Below are positions 53,841-64,000 of a stretch of DNA of 64,000 nucleotides, in pieces. Each line of letters begins with the position of its first letter. Within the stretch, counting starts at the first letter, position 1. The notes under the pieces are model-generated. The model was not told the DNA's origin and ran no database searches. It saw nothing but the letters and a program-made list of their open reading frames with translations. The position numbers and the translations under genes are program-made. Where the stretch lies: positions 19,546,628-19,610,627 of the forward strand of contig OZ037767.1 of assembly GCA_964035545.1 (NCBI GenBank), in the 5' to 3' direction. The DNA comes from Bugula neritina. Taxonomy: Eukaryota > Animalia > Bryozoa.

Positions 53841-56800
53841 TTAGCTTTGATCCATAGTCTCAGGCTCAGCGACAGCAGGTTCCACAGGCTCATCGGCAGC
53901 AGGGGGGTCTTCTGCATCTGCCTCACGTCTGCCTGCCCCTCTTGATCTCTCCTCTCCTTCTATGAGAGCAACGTACCGCTCCACGTCTGCATCCTCATAG
54001 ATTTTCATCAGGGAATCTGCTCCAACTATAGCCACCGTCGTGTTCTAAGAAATACAATGACAGTTGCTTACATCTCACATGCTGAATGATGACCCGAGGG
54101 TGGGAAAACAACTCCCATACATGAGTCATTATGATTGGGAGACCTATCAGCAGCGGAATTATGAGATCACAGTAAAGTACGAGACACACCCCTGAACATG
54201 AGTGGCTAGTTGGCTCTATCTAGTGTTGGCTTGCTAAACTGTCCCCTTGCAGAGAAAGTAGCTGGAAACAGTGCAACTCTAACAAGTGTGAAGTTACCTT
54301 AGTGTTTAGGTCAACCTCGTTGGGCAGAGTATCCCGCAAGGCCCGTAGCCCGTGTTTCACCAATTCCTCTTCTGAAGAGTCAGGGTAGCTTTCTAGGTGC
54401 TTCTCTAGATAGGTTCTAGCAGATTGAGATCTGGCGCCAATGGACATGGCCTTGCAGTCAAAGTAATTGGCTGAAGGACAGGTCTGGTAGATGTGAGGTC
54501 CAGCGCTCTGGAATAGAAACATACTAATGCTATTCTCATATGTTCTGATAGAACAATGCAATACTGTTTATGAATATACAAACACCAACTTGTAAATCAA
54601 GCAGTCAACATTGCAGCTTTAGAAAAAAAACCATTAAATAGCTGCTAAACTCAACAACGTTAGAAAAAAAAAACATCTTCTTGATTAGTTTTAGAATTTA
54701 GTCTCCAATAAGTTATATCAATATTAGAAACATTATAATAGTTTAAAACAGCAAATGTTGTGAAAGTAATCTGATATTTTGGAGACGTCACACTACAAGA
54801 ACTAAGACTAGCGTAGCTCTACTTACATCATATCCTGCCACTAAAAGCCCGACACCAAATGGTCTCCTGCCGTATCTTTGTGTAGGAATCTGTGATTTGC
54901 TGCCGACCATTGAGACTAGACGGTTTATTGGCAGCGGAGTGTCATAACCATATTTGTTGTTGAGACATTCTGTGCGCATGAACTTACTACAACATGAAAC
55001 AGTGCAACACTTGACTATATGAAGCCTTGCAGATCCAATGAGAATTCACAGCTACAAACTTATAACATTCCTGCACCAAATCATTTGACCAGAGATACAA
55101 CAGAGAAGAAGAATTATTATTCACAAATAACAAGTCAGATTGAACTGCAAGAAACTCAAAGGTATACTACTACACCAATAAGGTTATTGCCAGAGATTAA
55201 AAAGGCTATACAAAGTATAATTACTAATTAACTGAATTTTTCAAAATATTTTACTACAAAAAATCAACGATACCTATTAGATAACCATAAATTTTCTATT
55301 GTTGAAATACTAACCGATATGGCGAGTGTGTTATTATTATGATTCAAATTAGGATATAAAATGGATTATTAAAAACTTTTTGAGCTTGAAATATGCTTTA
55401 CAAATGTTGAAATCAATATATTAAAAACATGTTAATCACGTTATTCTTCAAATAAAGAAAGCAAACAATCTTTCCTAAGTTCTGAAGAAAACTTACCACA
55501 ACAATCGAGCATCAGCTGTCAATCCAGCTACTGCGACAGCGCAATGATCATCTATAGGTACAACTTTCTTTTGGTATGCAGAAAGCTCACTAGGTGCCCT
55601 TTTCAAAGCAACTAAGACTGCGTGTGTCTTAGACTTGAGACCTACACAAGCTGATCCCTGTTTCACAGCTTCCATCGCATATTCAAGCTGATGGATGCGG
55701 CCCTGGGGGCTCCACACAGTAACATCATTGTCGTACTGATTGCGAAACTAAATATAAAAACAGTTTTAAATTTATTGCACTGAATTCATAGTTAAGCGCT
55801 GAGAGCAAGTTTTACTAAAATGAAACTGTAGAGTGTAGAACCTGAATGCAGACAACTTCTACTTCTACTAACTGCTAGAGGCTTATAGCATTGTTGCTAT
55901 GCTAAATATAGTGATAATTTAATGATAAAGATAAAAAACAAGACCTCCTTGATGAGTAGCTCAAAGTGGCAGTATGACTATGACAAAGATGAGACAAGAC
56001 AATCAACATAATATTTAAAACTTGTACTGTACTAATAATACTAATATTAATGAGTTCACAAATCTAGTAGTTATAAACACACTATTACTATTTACCATTT
56101 ACCAATGTATTCTTTACTATTTACTTTTAATTTCTAATAATAATAATAATAATAATCAAATGATCATTCTGCCAACTTCACACACTCTTTGTTATTGTGA
56201 TACTTGTCTTGTTAGACATACTGAAATGGTCACAGTGAAACCAAATTTAAAGTAAAACTAATAATAAATATAAATGTTTAATAAAGTAACAAAACCAAAA
56301 TGTTTCTTGCATATTTTTTAATAATAAAACTGATTATATAATTCAATAGATTTAATTCAAGTTGTCAAAGCCTAACACTAAGTTTAAGACCATCACAAAA
56401 TCAAAGTGCAAACTAAATTAAAATATATTTCCATTTGTATTCATCTGTAACCTTTATCGTGATTACAATGGCCAAGTCTCAATGCATATGATAATGGTAT
56501 AAGCCGTTAATAACAACATAACATAATTATTAATATAATTACAATCATTGAACTATAACCTATAGTTTCAGTTCAGTGAGTACAACTATACCCATGAAAT
56601 ACTTTCATCTCCTTACGGTTATAGTGAATTATAAAATTAAAACCCGCTAATCAACGCTAGATCTGCTAAGAGATGAGAACCAACAAGTGCACATGCATTT
56701 ATTTCTCATTTTTGCATCTTCACACCTTCACAGACTTTTCACAACAGCTTTCCCCTTTAGTTTTATACATAACACAAACTGAAGCGCAGCTTAGCTTTAG

Positions 56801-57523
56801 TTATGTGCTAAAATTACATTACAAATATAATTACATGACAATAAAAAAATCTTAAAACTCAATTAAATTAACTTAGCTACACCCTGACACTACTGCTAGA
56901 AATAGAAATAAACTTATTCCAAAAAGAACACGGAACACGTATCTTACTCTTAGTCAAAGATTAAGTAATAAGTTAAATCCAAACAACAGCAACACAAGAG
57001 CCAGAGGCCCTCACAATCATAATGATAATTTTGCACCTTTAGGTCCAAGAGCGTTCTAATTTTCACGAGGTAAGTTACACAGTCACAGTGTAAGTTTTTT
57101 AAATTAACCTAAACTTGAAATATTGGTAAGACACAATCACTTTGACTTTGTCACAAAGAGAATCACTATCAGTATCATAATTACAACAGTCAGTCACTAT
57201 GCCTACCAGTACCAGTATGAGTCTCATAATGACAATCACATCAATATCAATATTAGTATGAGTATGACTATCACTATGAGCATCAGGATGAGGATCAGTA
57301 TCAGTATGACTATGACTATCACTATGAGTATGAGTATGAGTATCATGATGTCCTAGTAGCGGTATTAGCATTAGACTTAGTAACACTAATAGTAGTGTTA
57401 CTGCCATTAATAGCAATTGTAATTAAATCGGCGACAGTAGTGAACTATTACAGTTGCTTTAGTTTGAAAAACTTAAACTCAATATTGTATGATTATTTAA
57501 ATATCAAATTCATTACTCACCAT
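53841..57523 (-). CDS. PSMA1: Proteasome subunit alpha type-1, 5 coding exons
   Basis: Exons 57523-57521 (ATG only, followed by GTGAGT), 55747-55497, 54986-54827, 54507-54298, 54044-53841. Product M|[32 protein letters not shown]...[19 protein letters not shown]...[16 protein letters not shown]... Confidence 0.97.
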
Positions 57524-57640
57524 ATTTGAGAATAAAAATGTGAAAGCGATAATATTCTACCTCTTAGCGTAGAGTGGGAAGCGCATCCCAGAACTCTTTG
57601 GAATTTCGTTAGTTTCCGGTAAAAATTGTAAGTCAGTCAT
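57524..57640. promoter_or_regulatory. Putative compact bidirectional promoter of PSMA1 (-) and the downstream + strand gene
   Basis: PSMA1 ATG exon at 57521-57523. ETS-like TTTCCGG at 57613-57619 is followed by a + strand donor GTAAGT at 57628. The layout matches the 13.9-kb site. Inference. Confidence 0.55.
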
Positions 57641-58261
57641 ACTCATATTCAGCTTCTTTTTTATCAAATTCAATGTCAAACTCAATGTGAATTTATACAC
57701 AAGCAATAGTTTATAGATTTAAGACATTATTACATTTATTTTTAAAGTTTTAGGTATAAATTTTCGGAATATTATCGTTATATTTATAATTTCCATCTGT
57801 TACTGTTGGTGTAGCTGTAACTTAAACTTGTAGTTGTAAGTCAAAGTGAAAGTCAAAGTAAAGTGTAAGTCACCAACTTAGTGAGTGTTACACTTTCACT
57901 TTGACTTACTCTTAGGCTTGGTCTTACACTAACACTTACAGTTACTGTTAGTGTTACTGTTAGGTCACTATGACTGTTAGTGTTGCTGTTAGAGTGTTAC
58001 TGTTAGTGTTAGTGTTAGTGCTACAACTTGAAGTTGAACTTACACGATGATGATGGTGATCTCAATCTGAATCTGTCAAGTGTCATGATCATGGTGATCA
58101 TCATCATGAATTTCATGATATTGATAATTTAATTTTAATTTTGTAATTCTAATTGCAGTATAGATATTATTATTGCTATTAATATTACTATTTAATATTC
58201 AGCATTTTTTTATTTGATTTAGTCATTTACAGTTGCTGAAAGTAAAACTACAAGTGTAAAT

Positions 58262-58440
58262 GTATCTGTATCTGTGTTGAGTCTCTGGACCCTCGAGAGG
58301 GAAGAGGAGACTTTCACGGAGGAGTGTTATGAAGGCGTGACTTCAGAGATTCTAAGGTCATTTATTGTCCTAGGAAGGAAACTATTGAAATATATGTTAG
58401 AATTTGTTAGTAATGAACGAAGCATAGGATAGATGGACAT
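58262..58440 (-). mobile_element. Short 3' fragment of a CR1/L2-like LINE
   Basis: Minus-strand NIYFNSFLPRTINDL resembles the ...FKNSFFPRTIRDWN ending typical of CR1/L2-group ORF2, followed by a short (ACAGAT)n tail. Confidence 0.55.
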
Positions 58441-59944
58441 TTGTAAAATGAAAAGTACTAGTACAGCATTAACTATAACATTAACTATAAGTATTACATT
58501 TTCAGTATCATTATTAGTATTTTTCAGTATCATTATTAGTGTTGAAACAAGTATAAATGTTAACTGTATAACATATTTAATAAGTTATTGATCAAGCTAA
58601 GGTTACACTTATTACTTTTGCTTTCACTCTTAGCGATTTACAGTTGACAGTTAGTGCTGCTATTAGCAGTTAAGGTGGTGATTCTTGTGTTTATTCATTG
58701 TGAATTGAAATGTAGCTGTAAGTTTTAGTATATAAATATTAGTATTTGTATAACATAAAATATCGAATTTAATATTAACATAAAAACCTAAAAGCTATTA
58801 TTCATTCTAAGTAATTTAGTATTTATGCCGCATTTATTTTACGAAGTTGCCAGTAGGTATAAATCTAGACATACTAATATAAGTTATTTCAATACTCATT
58901 TTTATTTAAATTTGGTTTTTTCTAATTTAAATCTTAATATCAGTATGATATTGATAATCATCTTCATATTGAGTCAATAAATGTAGTTGAGTGAACATTG
59001 GCATGGATGTCAAATGTATTTACCAAGATTAGTAAATATCGATATGTGTATAAATTATTATGTGTGTTATTATGATCGCGATTAAAGCAATTATGATTAA
59101 TATTTAGGTAGATTATGCTACCATTGTGATTGAGGTTATTAAATATAAATATCATTACATTTTTATGACCAAATTTAAATTATTTACAATTTCCTAGCCC
59201 AGCAGTAACCTTTTTCGCTATATTATTGCTGCATTTATTTCTATCAAAATAATAATTTGTTGTCAAAATTATAAATTTATATTATAAAGTTAATTTTGTT
59301 TGTAAGTTTATTTTAATGTTTGTTTCAAGTTATTGGGAAATTATGAAATGACTGTTGCTTATTCGATATTAACATTTTGAATTTCAAAATAAATGTATTG
59401 CTATAATGATACTATAACGAGTGTGTTATTTTGAATAAACCAACATTATAGTGCCCATGGTTATTTACATACCAAACTATTAGTAACCAATGTCTTTTAA
59501 ATCTCAATTGTCACATTTTATCTATAGTTGTATAAGTTTTATATATACATATGTTAAAAACAAAACAAGTAAAGTTTTTTGTTTACTGCTTTATCCAAAT
59601 AGATAGTATAAACTTATCTTTTGGATGCCACTGTATCTATCATCAGAGTTGATTGAATTGAATGTGTTATAGTGCATATCTAAATAATATGGTAGCCAAG
59701 TGATTGACTAGTAATTACAACCTAAACAAGAGGAGGCAAATCTAAATACTATTCAAACATTACTGTTGTCCAACACTGATCTTACGTATTGCTATGATTT
59801 GTGTGCAAGCAACACACTATTACCTACTTGATTGCTTATATCTTCTATGAATGACTGATGCAAATCTATGATTCAACTTTTAATCAATCGTGTTTCTTTT
59901 CTTATCCATAACTAAATCTGCAATGCAGTCATGTTTAACATTCG

Positions 59945-60047
59945 ATATGTTACATATTTTAGTTACATTGAATACATTATATTTTAGTTACACTTAATAC
60001 ACTATATACTGTAGTTACATTGAACACGTTATATACTTTAGTTACAC
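59945..60047. repeat. ~27-30-bp tandem repeat (TATATTTTAGTTACAYTGAATACAY), about 4 copies, ending at the acceptor at 60041
   Basis: TAG|TTACA recurs; the last copy is the apparent real acceptor. Confidence 0.75.
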
Positions 60048-60055
60048 CATGAGTA

Positions 60056-63362
<3,307 letters not shown>

Positions 63363-63570
63363 GTATGAGTAGTGTGTATCTGCAGCCTCTCTGTATGAGT
63401 AGTGTGTATCTGCAGTTCTTCTGTATGAGTAGTGTGTATCTGCAGCATTTCTGTATGAGTAGTGTGTATCTGCAGCATTTCTGTATGAATAGTGTATATC
63501 AGCAACCTTTCTGTATGAATAGTGTATATCTACAGCTGGTCTTGATAAGTATACTGTATCTATACAGGTA
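63363..63570. repeat. 30-bp minisatellite (GTATGAGTAGTGTGTATCTGCAGCATTTCT), about 6-7 copies, starting exactly at a splice donor
   Basis: Directly visible. Confidence 0.9.
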
Positions 63571-64000
63571 GCAGCAGAAGAATAGTAAAGTTATGTTCTT
63601 CCCACAGCAATGCCAATGCAATCATGTACTGTGTTGTATCCTTGCGTTTTTCACTGTAATATAAAAATTTGACAAAGCTCTCCCTATAGGGCCTAGGTTT
63701 CTACCAGGTTTTACAGTGAAAACTGGGGCGATAGTTGAACACTCATAAGTTATTAATTGATTATGGGTTTCGGTTAGTGTTTATATGTCTTGTCAACGTA
63801 AACTCGGCTACAATGCTACAACAACAATACAAATCTACATTGAATTTTATTGTATAAAAGTAGTGTTGGGACATTACATGAGCCTGGAAAGCTTTTGTTA
63901 AATCATTGTAACTTTAATTGTATTCCTATAGCTATGTTAGCTACATTATGTTTTTCTATGTTGTAATTAGTTGATGTACAACAATTTTGGCTACTACAAA

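Noticed and set aside
57099-57416. ORFs with His/Thr/Asp-rich ([13 protein letters not shown]) or Met/Ser/Ile-rich content and hydrophobic flanks
   Set aside because: By-product of the 6-bp periodic DNA in PSMA1 intron 1; no splice or homology support.
63363-63571. MSSVYLQxFC repeats as part of the protein
   Set aside because: A good donor (GAG|GTATGA) marks the start of the 30-bp array; the open frame follows simply from the unit length being a multiple of 3.

Overview
AT-rich, intron-rich animal (invertebrate-type) nuclear DNA; the species cannot be determined from the window. I reconstructed the genes by hand from GT-AG boundaries and reading phase. In order: the last exon of a tailless/NR2E1-type nuclear receptor (+); PPP1R35 (-, 5 coding exons); SDHB (+, 8 coding exons); two paralogous GT10 alpha-1,3-fucosyltransferase genes arranged tail-to-tail with identical 10-exon structure; a Golgi carbohydrate sulfotransferase (+, 7 exons) head-to-head with the second fucosyltransferase; PSMA1 (-, 5 coding exons); and the 5' end of an unidentified gene (+). 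Mobile DNA includes a 5'-truncated RTE-like LINE, a full-length degenerate Tc1 element, several TIR MITEs, tRNA-derived SINEs and a LINE 3' fragment, plus many intronic mini- and microsatellites. Three signals stand out. (1) Both inferred bidirectional promoters (~13.9 kb and ~57.6 kb) are flanked on each side by ~1.5-1.7 kb of non-repetitive but 6-bp-phased, strand-symmetric DNA (consensus N-T-N-A-N-W), which I did not see elsewhere in the window. (2) Many intronic minisatellites begin at, or are built from, splice-site consensus sequences. (3) The FucT-FucT-sulfotransferase trio forms a compact glycan-modification cluster, and both FucTs share an unusual conserved C-terminal extension.
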